64,000 nucleotides of DNA, taken from positions 1 to 64,000 of the forward strand of contig JAHQWG010000046.1 of NCBI GenBank assembly GCA_029856045.1, given 5' to 3'. Origin of the DNA: Promethearchaeia archaeon. GTDB taxonomy: Archaea; Asgardarchaeota; Lokiarchaeia; Sigyniarchaeales; SOKP01. The notes under the pieces were generated by a model. That model was given only the letters and a program-made list of their open reading frames with translations. It did not search any database and was not told the origin of the DNA. The number at the start of each line of letters is the position of its first letter. Position 1 is the stretch's first letter. Both the position numbers and the translations under genes were made by a program. Shown piece by piece: positions 49,661 to 60,238 of this stretch.

Positions 49661-50419
49661 ATGACAGTAAATTTAGAAAAAAAGATTGAATATATAAAAA
49701 ATGCTTTTAAAAATTTTAAAAATTATATCGAGTTAGAAGATTTTAAGAATTATCTTTTTTTTACTCTAAATGCTCCAACAGGAATTATAATTACACCAAC
49801 TATGAATTTTGGGAAAAATCCGAATGTAACACTTGGGTACGATCCATTCAGAAAGATATATTTCACAAAACTCCAGACGAACTTATTTGTCAATTCTGAA
49901 ATAATTATTTATTATGCAAGCAAACCACTAACAGATAAATTAATTTTGAAAAAAGAGGACAAATTTTTTGATAATTATTTGACAGCAAATGAAAAAGAAA
50001 TTGCTTTCGCTGGGAGAGAAAAGTTTCTATTTATAAAAAAATCAACAGGAATCGAGAATGATAAAGAAAAAAGTAAAATTGAATTTGAAATAGATAATTA
50101 CTTTGATGAAATGGAAAGTTTTATTAGCTCAACCTCCCTTCCATTCATTTTTCTTTTAGAAGGAAGCACCAATGACGACCCAGATCTATTATTTACATTT
50201 AATATTAAACCATCTCTAAATTTATCAAATAAAATTGTATATTATATTGATTGCTTTTTAGATAAAGAGCAAAAATTAAGAGAGATTAATTATATCAAAC
50301 AAGATGAGAATTTGGAATTAACATTTATGAAGGATTTTAAAGATATTGGGCACTCTGAGCTATTTAAATCTATATTTGATTTGTTGCTTAAAATCAAATC
50401 TTTTAATATTCCAAGTTAA
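49661..50419 (+). CDS. Hypothetical protein
   Basis: 252-aa ORF with its own intergenic flanks; no motif recognised. Confidence 0.6.
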   Translation: MTVNLEKKIEYIKNAFKNFKNYIELEDFKNYLFFTLNAPTGIIITPTMNFGKNPNVTLGYDPFRKIYFTKLQTNLFVNSEIIIYYASKPLTDKLILKKEDKFFDNYLTANEKEIAFAGREKFLFIKKSTGIENDKEKSKIEFEIDNYFDEMESFISSTSLPFIFLLEGSTNDDPDLLFTFNIKPSLNLSNKIVYYIDCFLDKEQKLREINYIKQDENLELTFMKDFKDIGHSELFKSIFDLLLKIKSFNIPS

Positions 50420-50661
50420 TTTCAGTTTTCATCATATTTTTTCAAAAAATTTTTAATATATTAAATGGTTAATTTGGAAATATTTATGTGTTATTTATCA
50501 GACATGATTTATTCTTTAAAATTAGGAATTTTATTATTAATTTCTCATCTTCTATTAACCAATTAAGGTATATCGACATAAATATTTATATTAAATTAGG
50601 ATTTTAATAATATTTATATTAATTTCATTACAATAGTTGTTAAAATAACAGAGGTATGTGA

Positions 50662-50871
50662 ATGAGGATTATAACAATTAACCTTCCACACAGATATTTA
50701 GATGCTATTCAATGTTTAATAAAGCTAGGTTATTATCCCTCGCGAAGTGAAGCTATAAGAATAGCACTTCGTGAATTTTTGGGTAATGAGATAGAAATGT
50801 TTTCGAAACTAGAGAAAGGTTATTTTGAAAAGATGAAAAGAGCTCAATTGCAATCAATGATTGAATTATAA
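50662..50871 (+). CDS. Ribbon-helix-helix (CopG-like) regulator
   Basis: MRIITINLP...LGYYPSRSEAIRIALREFL; GAGGT RBS upstream. Confidence 0.85.
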   Translation: MRIITINLPHRYLDAIQCLIKLGYYPSRSEAIRIALREFLGNEIEMFSKLEKGYFEKMKRAQLQSMIEL

Positions 50872-50910
50872 GAACAGCAAAATTAATCATTTTTTATTTT
50901 ATTTTTTATT

Positions 50911-51771
50911 TTATAAGAATTGCAAAAATTCTCCTACTTTATTTTTAATTTTTTTAACAATCTTTGGATCATATTTTCTGGCGATATATTCCCTTAATGC
51001 GGTAAGATGATCGTTTGAAATTTTCGGTTGCATTAGTTCATCTGAGAGTTTGGCAATTAAATCGACATCATAAATATTTTTTACTTGTTTTAAAAGATCG
51101 ACAATTTTATTTGCTTGAATAAGAAATTTTTCAATTTCCTTTTTAATAATAATGTTTTGACCTTGAACATCTATAATGTCAAGAGCCTTTTTGACAATTT
51201 CCTCTTCAAATTTTAATTTACTTCTCCATGGACTCTGAATAACAATGCCTGATGGATCAATTAATAGTGATTTATCTTCTGTTAATTCTATCGCATCATA
51301 AGTCTTAAATTCAATAGAAGATATATTACCTGTCTTATTTAATTGAGTAGGTATGAATTTAGGAAATAATTCATTTATAGAGTCTGTTAAATCAGGAATT
51401 TCTTTTCGTATTAAAATATATATTGGATAATTAAAAATATACCCATGAAGGAGATTATAAAGAATATATGTACCCCATTTCTTAAGAATATCATTTATTG
51501 AAAATTTTGTAATAATTTCTTCAGTAATTTCTACTTCTTCCTCCTCAATAGGCATATCGAATTGAAAATCAATTTTTTCATACCCTTTAACTATGGCATT
51601 ATTATCTAGAAATAGAATAAATGGATGTTTATCGCATACCAATCCCTTAGAAACTTGGACTTTTATGTTTCCAAATTTTTTTTGTTGAAATAATGTTTGA
51701 GGGAGTTTTATTATTTTTTCGGAAGAACACATAGGACATTTAACATTAATTTCTTTATACTGTCCAGACAT
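50911..51771 (-). CDS. Hypothetical protein with N-terminal zinc-ribbon-like domain
   Basis: CPMC...VCDKHPFILFLD. Confidence 0.6.
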   Translation of the reverse strand: MSGQYKEINVKCPMCSSEKIIKLPQTLFQQKKFGNIKVQVSKGLVCDKHPFILFLDNNAIVKGYEKIDFQFDMPIEEEEVEITEEIITKFSINDILKKWGTYILYNLLHGYIFNYPIYILIRKEIPDLTDSINELFPKFIPTQLNKTGNISSIEFKTYDAIELTEDKSLLIDPSGIVIQSPWRSKLKFEEEIVKKALDIIDVQGQNIIIKKEIEKFLIQANKIVDLLKQVKNIYDVDLIAKLSDELMQPKISNDHLTALREYIARKYDPKIVKKIKNKVGEFLQFL

Positions 51772-51960
51772 AATTTAGGATTTGTATTTTAAAATAAAAT
51801 ACAATTTATATTAACTAGTAGAATAAATAATTATTTATTGATTTTGAAATAAAATTATTATTATTTCAAATATGAATATAATCATGAGGATCTCTAACTT
51901 AAGTATTAAAGAGTTAATAATTCCATATTTGCTATTTGAGATTAAAAAAGAGGGTAGAAA

Positions 51961-52857
51961 TTGAGGTTTGGAATCCAACCAGTTAGTTTTCATAGTGTTA
52001 TTGGACAAATGAAAGATTCGAGAAATGTTTTGAAATTCGATTTTACTAAGATTGTTATAGATGCAGTCAAACGAGGTTATAGACATATTGAACTTACTCT
52101 TGACATGCATTACGTGTTACCCGAAGTATTTCAGAAAAAAGATATTGAAAATTTAATAGAAATCAAAGAAGAGCATAATATATCTTATTCGGTGCATCTT
52201 CCACTTTGGTCGATTGAACCAAGTAGTCCAAATCGTTATATTAGAAAAGGATCAACTGACTGTTTGATAGATGCAGTAAAGATGGCTGAACCATTAGATC
52301 CGGAAGTATATGTTTTACATGCAACTGGGGCATTAGCAGCAGAATTTTCACGTATAGAAATACCTGAACGATATAAAAAAATTGTATTAAACATGATTTC
52401 TGATTATGGAGTGAGTGCAATAAATCGTATGATTAAAGAAACGAATTTGGATCCAAGTAAACTTGCCCTTGAAACGATAGAATTCCCTCTTGAAAATACA
52501 CTTGACCAAATCAAGAAGATTAAAGGTGTAAAATTATGTATTGATACGGGACATGTTTTAGCGAAATATCCTGGTGATTATGACTTATTTGAACTCACTA
52601 AAAAATATATAGATATTACCAGTGAATTTCATTTACATGATGGATATAATTTTCCTAACAGAATAAAGGGTAAAAAAATAGAAGATCATATTGCTTTGGG
52701 TGAAGGAGAATTGCCAATAAAATTTTTAAAACTGTTATATGAGAAGCATTTTCAAGGACCCATTGTTTTTGAATTAAATTTTAATCAAGCAAGAAAGTCT
52801 TTAGAATTTATAAGAAAACATGTACCAGAAATTGATATTGATTTTAATGACCAATAA
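51961..52857 (+). CDS. Xylose isomerase-like/AP endonuclease 2 TIM-barrel metalloenzyme
   Basis: HIEL, SVHLP, VLHA, ALETI, CIDTGH, FHLHD, DHIALGEG, VFE. Confidence 0.8.
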   Translation: MRFGIQPVSFHSVIGQMKDSRNVLKFDFTKIVIDAVKRGYRHIELTLDMHYVLPEVFQKKDIENLIEIKEEHNISYSVHLPLWSIEPSSPNRYIRKGSTDCLIDAVKMAEPLDPEVYVLHATGALAAEFSRIEIPERYKKIVLNMISDYGVSAINRMIKETNLDPSKLALETIEFPLENTLDQIKKIKGVKLCIDTGHVLAKYPGDYDLFELTKKYIDITSEFHLHDGYNFPNRIKGKKIEDHIALGEGELPIKFLKLLYEKHFQGPIVFELNFNQARKSLEFIRKHVPEIDIDFNDQ

Positions 52858-52878
52858 AAAAAGAATTAAGATGTTATT

Positions 52879-54387
52879 ATGTGTAGTTCAAAATCAAAAT
52901 TAAAAGGATTATTTTCAATATTATTATTCTTACCATTAATTATCTTTTTAAATACTGATATTGCTATTTTTAATATTAATCTAGTCTTAATTGCGGCAGA
53001 ATTTGATTTAGGCGCAAAATTTGCAGTTCCTGGATTAATTTCGGGATTATATTACATAGTTCTTGCTGTTTTTACATTAATTGCTGGTTATTTTTCTGAT
53101 ATATTTAAGCGAAAATGGCTACTAATTACTGCAGGTGGAATTTGGGCAGTTTCAGAAATTTTTACAGCCTTTTCAATCAATATTGTTATGTTAAGTATTT
53201 TTAGAATAACTGCTGCAATTGGAATTGGAGCAGCAAGCCCAATTTCGATAAGTTTATTGGCAGATATATTTTCTTCCGAGAAGAGAGGGACTTCATTTGC
53301 TTGGTGGAGCCTTGCAACAACTTTTGGTGGACTTCTTGGGGGTGTCTTTTCATTAGTAGTTAATGTTATTCCGTATGATTTCCCCGAAAATTGGTCTTTA
53401 GTGCAAAAAATTAGTTTTATTAAGTTGAATTACCCAGTAGAAATGACCTATTGGCGTTTACCTTTTTTATGGGCAGGATTGATTGGGGTTTGCTTAGTTT
53501 TTCTTTGTTTTTTAATTAAAGAACCGAAAAGAGCCAGTAAAGAAAGTATATTAAAAGGGATATTATCGGACGAGAAAATTGATTATTCTCGCTCTTATCG
53601 AATAAAGATAAATGATTTGAAAAAAATTTTTACTAAACGTTCTAATTTCTGGTTGATTATAAATTTTGTAGATACGATTTTATATGGATTTTTATTAACA
53701 TATATCATAACATACATAACGATTGAGGTTGGATTTTCTCTAACAGATATTACTTCAATTGTAATGTTATTAGTTTTTCTTTTACCAATCATAATTTCAA
53801 TGTTTGCTGGACAGTTTTATTTTGCTAGATTAGGTGATAAAAAAGTATCTAAAGGAGATCCGGCAGGTCGAGTTAAAGTTGCTATTATATGTGGTTTAGT
53901 TCATATTCCATTTTTATTTTTTGGGTTTTTATTTTATCCTAATGTATCGCATTTAACTTTTTTTAAGGGAACTCTAGATCTATCTAATGTGTTGCCACTA
54001 TTTTGGATAGTACTCATAATAATGAGTCTAACAATTGGAGTAGGCATGTTTTTCGAATTTGGGATAGGTCCCTGTTGGTTTTCCAGTATGGTGGATGTAA
54101 ATTTACCGGAACATCGAGGTACTGCATATGCTATGGCAGCTATGATGGATGCAATTGGAAGGGCTTTAGGACCAATAATAGGTGGGTTATTGGTTGATCA
54201 CTACACAAGTATTGGAGAGATCTATCCTTTCGGCACGACTATAGTAATTTCTATATTATCTTTTGGTATAATTTCGGGGCTCTTATGGCTTCCCATCTAT
54301 AAATATTGTAATAAAGATTTTGCTGAAATTGGGGCAATATTAGAACAAAGGGCTGAAGAACTTAAAAAACAATCAGTTACAAAGTAA
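52879..54387 (+). CDS. MFS transporter (spinster-like)
   Basis: GYFSDIFKRK, LLADIFSSEKRG, VNLPEHRGTA; ~12 TM helices. Confidence 0.85.
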   Translation: MCSSKSKLKGLFSILLFLPLIIFLNTDIAIFNINLVLIAAEFDLGAKFAVPGLISGLYYIVLAVFTLIAGYFSDIFKRKWLLITAGGIWAVSEIFTAFSINIVMLSIFRITAAIGIGAASPISISLLADIFSSEKRGTSFAWWSLATTFGGLLGGVFSLVVNVIPYDFPENWSLVQKISFIKLNYPVEMTYWRLPFLWAGLIGVCLVFLCFLIKEPKRASKESILKGILSDEKIDYSRSYRIKINDLKKIFTKRSNFWLIINFVDTILYGFLLTYIITYITIEVGFSLTDITSIVMLLVFLLPIIISMFAGQFYFARLGDKKVSKGDPAGRVKVAIICGLVHIPFLFFGFLFYPNVSHLTFFKGTLDLSNVLPLFWIVLIIMSLTIGVGMFFEFGIGPCWFSSMVDVNLPEHRGTAYAMAAMMDAIGRALGPIIGGLLVDHYTSIGEIYPFGTTIVISILSFGIISGLLWLPIYKYCNKDFAEIGAILEQRAEELKKQSVTK

Positions 54388-54518
54388 AAATCTTTGAATT
54401 TGTTGATAAAATTGAGAGATATCTTAAAGCCAAACTCCCAAGATATCGATAATTTCTAAAATCAATAAATATCATACGGAATAATAACAAAACCATAAGA
54501 TTTTAGATATAATTATTA

Positions 54519-55328
54519 TTAAATTCCTTTCGAAAAAAGATTCTTATGACATGAACAACATGGAATTCCAATTTTTATTTCATTTTGTAAATTATTGTCA
54601 ATTACTTTAGATTTTTTAATTATTTCTAACAAGTTTTCCCTTATTTTTATCAGATCAGGGTTATTACTTAAATAAAACTTTTTTAAATATGAAATATGAT
54701 TTTCTCTCTTACAAATTGGGCAGATTAAAAATAAATTTAAAAACTTTTGATAATATTTTCTTTTTTTACCTCTTAGTTTTTTCTCTAACTTAATAAAACT
54801 TGATTCTGAACCGAGGTTTTCAAGAATTTTACTTGCTAATTGGGTTAGTATAATTTTCTTTTTGATTCCAATATGAGAGGATAATAGAAAAAATTTTTCA
54901 ATTTGGTTGTCCTCAACAAATAGATTGATTTTATTATATAGTTCATCATGGATTATATCAGATTTATATCCTACTAAAAAGATTGGAATGTTATTGGTAT
55001 TATTTTTAATAATTCTTATCCAATAATACAAATTATTGAATAAATCATCTTCTGAAGCATCAAAAAACAGTAAGCACCCTTTAGCACCTCTGAAAAAGTT
55101 GGGGTATATTGAACGAAATCTATAGCTTCCATTTATATCCCAAATAGTCATTTTTAAGATATCTTCGTGTTCATTTGAACATTTTACAACTTTAATTGAA
55201 ACACCTATGGTTAAAGAAGATGTGTTATCAAAAGAATTTGAATATTGATCTATACTATTAAAAAAATCAAATTTACCAGAATTATATGATCCAACTGCTA
55301 TAACTTTAGAAATATATAATCCTGGCAT
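54519..55328 (-). CDS. Rab-like small GTPase with degenerate motifs and a C-terminal Cys-rich domain
   Basis: TIGV, IWDINGSYRFRSIYPNFFRGAKGCLLFFD; G1 GSYNSGKF; G4 GYKSD; CPIC...CCSC. Confidence 0.8.
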   Translation of the reverse strand: MPGLYISKVIAVGSYNSGKFDFFNSIDQYSNSFDNTSSLTIGVSIKVVKCSNEHEDILKMTIWDINGSYRFRSIYPNFFRGAKGCLLFFDASEDDLFNNLYYWIRIIKNNTNNIPIFLVGYKSDIIHDELYNKINLFVEDNQIEKFFLLSSHIGIKKKIILTQLASKILENLGSESSFIKLEKKLRGKKRKYYQKFLNLFLICPICKRENHISYLKKFYLSNNPDLIKIRENLLEIIKKSKVIDNNLQNEIKIGIPCCSCHKNLFSKGI

Positions 55329-55537
55329 ATTATATCCACGCGAATTAACTTAAAACATTTATAATACTTAACTCCAATCAAATTAATAAACATTTAACTA
55401 TAAAAATTTTAAGATTTTATTCATTTAATTGTTATCTTTGAAGTAATTCCTAATTTAATTGATTTTAATCATTAACAATTATTAATTTATATTCAAAAAT
55501 AATTTTTAAGCAATTTAATATAATAAAAAAAATAAGT

Positions 55538-56869
55538 TTAAAATTCAATTTTTGGAAAAATATGTTCTTCTTTACGTAATGGTTTGTACTTGAAGAATCG
55601 ACGTGATTCGCTATCTTCCAGCACTAGATTAGACCCACCGCCATGGACCATACAGTAAGGGTCAAGTATACCTATAGGGACGCTATACTGCCTAATGAAT
55701 CCACGGCCACCCATAGTTCGAAAACAGTGCACAGCCGCCTCAAAAGCTAATTCTGACGCAGCAACTTTTAAACCCATTGTTTGCTGAGCCATTAATTTTC
55801 CGCTTCCCAATTCTGGATATTTATCTATTTCTCTCGCGTAATTAATTAATGCTGCAATTAATAAATTTAGTTCCCGAATATTTTTAGAAATTGGGAATCT
55901 AATAACTTGATATTGGTGTAACTTTTTCTCAAATTGTTTTCTCTGAAGAGCATATGTGTGTGAATATAATAGTTTCTTCATTGCGTCACCAAGCGCTTCT
56001 GCACTAATGACAAGGCGTTCTTCTGTGAGCTGGTGGAACATTATATCCATACCTGAACCTTTTAGCATATTCTCTATAGGAATTTCTACTTTATCAAATA
56101 TTAAACGACTTACAAATGCATCTGTCATTCCGTAGGTTCTAACTCTACTCGCTTTAAAATTCTCTAACTGTTGATTTTCAGTGTCAACAATAATTGCTCC
56201 GATTGAGCCTTTATTAACTCGACCGTATAAAATTAAATATTTACAAATCATACCATTTGTTATAAAGACTTTTTTACCTTTTGCAATAACTTTATCTCCT
56301 TGGGTTTGGAGATTTAATTCCATTCTTGCGATATCACTACCTGCGTTAAATTCAGTCATAGCGGACGCACCAACTTCTCCATCCCCTGCAACAGGAACTA
56401 AGAATGTTTCCCATTGATATTCATTTGCTTTATAAGAAACGGGATTGCAATAAAGTGTACCTCCCGCTAAACGTCCCATTTCAATACTCCAATTCCCAGC
56501 TATATATCTTTCGCTTTTTTCTGACCATCTTCCACCGCATAGAGCAAAAGCGATGAGGATATTCCTCATTATTCTCCCAACTTCGTATTTTTCAGGATAA
56601 AGAACCGTGCTATAATATCCTTTCTCTGCCAATTTTTTCATTATTTTAATTACAATATCTTTTTTTTTATCTTGAGTTGGTTCCTCCACAAGATAATTTA
56701 ATTCTTCCAAAGTCCTCAAATCTTTATCAAGTTCTTTTTCTAAGAAATCATAAAAAGTAGCCAAAAATTCCTTTTCTTGCACGTTTAATAATGGGTTATT
56801 TAATAAGTCTAATTCTGGAACATATTTTTGTATTTGAATTGGTTTAAAGTCTCTTAATCTTGTATCCAT
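55538..56869 (-). CDS. Acyl-CoA dehydrogenase family protein (divergent)
   Basis: AMTEFNAGSD, GKKVFITNG, EERL, RKQFEKKL..YQ, TMGGRGF. Confidence 0.85.
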   Translation of the reverse strand: MDTRLRDFKPIQIQKYVPELDLLNNPLLNVQEKEFLATFYDFLEKELDKDLRTLEELNYLVEEPTQDKKKDIVIKIMKKLAEKGYYSTVLYPEKYEVGRIMRNILIAFALCGGRWSEKSERYIAGNWSIEMGRLAGGTLYCNPVSYKANEYQWETFLVPVAGDGEVGASAMTEFNAGSDIARMELNLQTQGDKVIAKGKKVFITNGMICKYLILYGRVNKGSIGAIIVDTENQQLENFKASRVRTYGMTDAFVSRLIFDKVEIPIENMLKGSGMDIMFHQLTEERLVISAEALGDAMKKLLYSHTYALQRKQFEKKLHQYQVIRFPISKNIRELNLLIAALINYAREIDKYPELGSGKLMAQQTMGLKVAASELAFEAAVHCFRTMGGRGFIRQYSVPIGILDPYCMVHGGGSNLVLEDSESRRFFKYKPLRKEEHIFPKIEF

Positions 56870-57005
56870 AATGATTTACACGTTTTTTATTAATTATAAA
56901 TAAATAAGGTTGATTTTAAGATACCATTATATAAAACGTATATAAAAATTAAAATTTAATTCTAAAAAGAAAAGTTGAATGAAAGAAAGAAGAATAAATT
57001 TATTA

Positions 57006-59402
57006 TTATAATGAACACTCTGTTCGGGCAATAATATCGTCTTGTGCATTTTGCGATAATTCGGTAAACAAAACAGAATAACCTGCAATTCTTACAACCA
57101 AACCTCTATATTCATCTGGATTTTTTTGAGCATCAAGGAGAATTTTTTTTCCAACAACATTGAATTGTACCTGGAAACCACCATCAGGTCCAAAAAATGT
57201 TCTTATCAGAGCCGGAAATAATTCTAGCTTTAAAGAATTCGGATGAAATGTCAAAATAAGCGAATTTCCGTTAGTCATTAAATGATTCTGAAGTTTACTG
57301 ACCGAATTAAGAATAGCTGTGGGACCATTTTTATCCATGCCATTTGAAGGGCAGAGACTAGTTGAAAGGACATCCCTTGATTTTCTTCCATTAGCAGAAG
57401 CACCTGTAAAGAAACCAAAAGCTAAATGAAATGATGTTGAGTAGAAACCAGGATTAAATTTTCCACCTCGATAATTTGTATGCTTTGTAATTTCATCACA
57501 ATATACTTTTACCACATCCATAGCAATTTGGTCAACATAATCATCATCATTGCCAAATTTTGGAACTTTATTAATAAATAACTGCCTCCATTCTTCTCCT
57601 TTTCTTCCTTGATAGGTTCCTCTATAATTCTTTCTGAGCATTTCCACTAAATCTTCAAATGGGAGAATATTTTCTTCAAAAACAAATTTCTTAATTACTG
57701 CAAGACTATCCACTACCGTAGCAAAGCCAACTAATTGTGGTCCAGTAAAGTCATATACTGCACCACCATTTGTTATATCAAGTCCTCGTTCAATACAATC
57801 ATCTGTAGTTGCAGATAAAAATGGCTGAGGATTAAGTTCGGAAATTGCTTTATCAAGGGCATTCATAGTTGAAACCATAAAATTAACAAAATATTTCATT
57901 TGATTAACAAATGCATCCCAAAGATCATCATAACTAGCAATTTTTTTATCATTTTTATATCCATATTCCCTTCTAGTAAACATATCAATTCCATTTGCTA
58001 ATGCTAATTCTAAACATTTTACGACATTAATTTGGTTTGCATTGGTTGACCCAAATGATTTATGTGGATGTTGCGGTTCAACACAGCCGATTGGCGCATA
58101 TTCACGAGCATCTTCAAGTGTAAAACCAAGATTTACAAGTCCTTTTATCATTACTTGATCATTAAATAAAGCAATACTTGCGCCCGATTTTATGGATTCT
58201 CCAACTTTAAAAAGAAAATCTTCTGGTGTCTCTTTATGAATTCGAACGGAAAAAGTTGGTTGAACAGTTTTTAAATTAGTATATGCGTCTAATAAGAGGT
58301 ATGATAATTCATTTGTTGCATCGTTTCCCTCACTGTCAACTCCTCCTATCGTTAAATTTTCTGCTATTGGGGGTCCTTCAGCAGCAACAATACCTTTACT
58401 TAGAAGATAATTCCACAATGTTGTTAATTTTAAAAAAAATAATTCAATTAGAAATTGTACTTCATCATTTGAAATTTCTCTTTCGCTTGTATCTTTTAAA
58501 TAATATGGGTATAAATATTGATCTAATCGGCCAATACTTATTGCAAAGCCACCATCTTCCAAGCCAGATATTAAATGAGTAAAATAAATAAGTTGAAGAG
58601 CCTCTTTAAATGACTTTGGTGGATTTTCAGAAATATTGTAACAAATTTCAGAAATTTCAAGAAGTTCTTCTTGACGTTTAGAATTTAATTCATTTTTCGC
58701 TAAATCTTTAGCTAAATTTGAAAATCTTTGAATAAAAGATCTTACTGTATTACAAACAATTATAACAGACTGTAAAAAAATTCTTTTTTTGGTATTTTCT
58801 GGAGTCGAATCAGAAAAATTCTTCATTTTTTCCTCAGCTTTTTGAATTAGACCATTTATTCCATATTTCAAAACATTTTCATGTCCAGGAAAAAAATGAC
58901 CAATGCCATTGGAAAGTTCGGTATCAACAATAAAAACAAGTTTTTCCATCATATCTATTTCATCAGAATTTAAATAAGTTAGAAACCTTGCTCGAACAGT
59001 ATGTTCTTCATTTTTCCAATAAGGAATTATCTCTTCCTTTAGGAATTTTCTCTCTTCATTCGATATGATAAGTGGTTGTACAGGACGACTCTCATAAGTA
59101 TCACAATCTTGTTCAATTGTATCAACTCGAATTTCGGGATATAATGGAGTTCCTACAAATTTAGTCGTTCGGTTACCAACAATAAATTCATTATCCCAAA
59201 TAATTATAGTCATATTAGATAAATAATGTTCCATAGCTTTTGCGAATCGAATTATTGGATTTTCTCCTTTTGTTTTTTTATATGATTCCGTGATTAATTT
59301 AGCTCTTTCCATACAAATTTCTTTCGATTGCTTCACAACTTTTTTTCTCATTTCTAGAGTTCTTTGCTTATAATTTAAATGGGAAACTTGTTCTAACTGC
59401 AA
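57006..59402 (-). CDS. Glycyl radical enzyme (PFL2/eliminase-type)
   Basis: SIGRLDQYLYPYY, IGCVEP, PKFGNDDDYVD, QFNVV, LVVRIAGYS. Confidence 0.92.
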   Translation of the reverse strand: MQLEQVSHLNYKQRTLEMRKKVVKQSKEICMERAKLITESYKKTKGENPIIRFAKAMEHYLSNMTIIIWDNEFIVGNRTTKFVGTPLYPEIRVDTIEQDCDTYESRPVQPLIISNEERKFLKEEIIPYWKNEEHTVRARFLTYLNSDEIDMMEKLVFIVDTELSNGIGHFFPGHENVLKYGINGLIQKAEEKMKNFSDSTPENTKKRIFLQSVIIVCNTVRSFIQRFSNLAKDLAKNELNSKRQEELLEISEICYNISENPPKSFKEALQLIYFTHLISGLEDGGFAISIGRLDQYLYPYYLKDTSEREISNDEVQFLIELFFLKLTTLWNYLLSKGIVAAEGPPIAENLTIGGVDSEGNDATNELSYLLLDAYTNLKTVQPTFSVRIHKETPEDFLFKVGESIKSGASIALFNDQVMIKGLVNLGFTLEDAREYAPIGCVEPQHPHKSFGSTNANQINVVKCLELALANGIDMFTRREYGYKNDKKIASYDDLWDAFVNQMKYFVNFMVSTMNALDKAISELNPQPFLSATTDDCIERGLDITNGGAVYDFTGPQLVGFATVVDSLAVIKKFVFEENILPFEDLVEMLRKNYRGTYQGRKGEEWRQLFINKVPKFGNDDDYVDQIAMDVVKVYCDEITKHTNYRGGKFNPGFYSTSFHLAFGFFTGASANGRKSRDVLSTSLCPSNGMDKNGPTAILNSVSKLQNHLMTNGNSLILTFHPNSLKLELFPALIRTFFGPDGGFQVQFNVVGKKILLDAQKNPDEYRGLVVRIAGYSVLFTELSQNAQDDIIARTECSL

Positions 59403-59638
59403 TTTAAATCACTAAAAATCGTCAAATTTTTATTTTAATTTAATAGATTAAATAAAACTATATAATTAATTGAATAAATAATTCTCGAAGATAAATATAT
59501 TTAATATATATATCAAAAATTGGTTGAAGATAAAAGAGTTTTTCACTAAAAATTTTAAAAATTTGATTAGTAGAAATATAACTGCTAATGTGAAAGGAAA
59601 GGGAAAAAAAAAGAGATTAAATAAATTTATTAATTTAA

Positions 59639-60232
59639 CTATAAAGTAAATCCTTCAGGTAATTCTGATTCGGGTGTTCCTACTGGGACCCACGAGATAT
59701 CCATAATAGTGTATGTTGGTTTTTTTGTTTGAAAGATTGGTAATACTCGCATACCAATCTTTGGTTCACCTACTGAAAGATAACCCATAAAGATTGTGCA
59801 TACATCTTTGAATTCCACATTAATAAATTTAATTGGCTTTTTTAATGTATTAAAGGCGCCTGATCGTTCAGTAATTATAAAAGAGTGTATCATTGCCGTT
59901 TTCTTTGCTATATCAGTTATATCTATTACCGTATTTTTTCTAAGACAATCAGGACAATAAATTCTGAATGGCATAAATATGGAATCTTTTGATTCACATT
60001 TAGGATTATCACATCTTGAAGCCATTAATTTTCCTTTACTAAGTGATTCAAAAAATATTGCTTCTCCGCCATAGCTATGAATATAAGTCATGTCTCGTGG
60101 ATTAGTTATTCCACATAGTTTTCCATTATCATCAAATATAGGTGTGTTAGGCTCTATTATATGAAATTTACCTTTAATTTTGTATCTGCCATTTTTTACG
60201 GAAACCCGTCCAACATCATTTTCGCTTTTCAT
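59639..60232 (-). CDS. DUF35-like Zn-ribbon/OB-fold protein
   Basis: FFESLSKGKLMASRCDNPKC...PFRIYCPDC...PKIGMRV. Confidence 0.85.
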   Translation of the reverse strand: MKSENDVGRVSVKNGRYKIKGKFHIIEPNTPIFDDNGKLCGITNPRDMTYIHSYGGEAIFFESLSKGKLMASRCDNPKCESKDSIFMPFRIYCPDCLRKNTVIDITDIAKKTAMIHSFIITERSGAFNTLKKPIKFINVEFKDVCTIFMGYLSVGEPKIGMRVLPIFQTKKPTYTIMDISWVPVGTPESELPEGFTL

Positions 60233-60238
60233 GATTTT

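Noticed and set aside
51835-52110. 91-aa minus-strand ORF
   Set aside because: Overlaps the start and upstream region of the TIM-barrel gene on the opposite strand; low-complexity AT-rich translation
57006-59402. Calling the GRE a benzyl/alkylsuccinate synthase or a canonical pyruvate formate-lyase
   Set aside because: It has a single-Cys GCVEP loop, lacks the adjacent CC pair of PFL, and has no small Fe-S subunit genes
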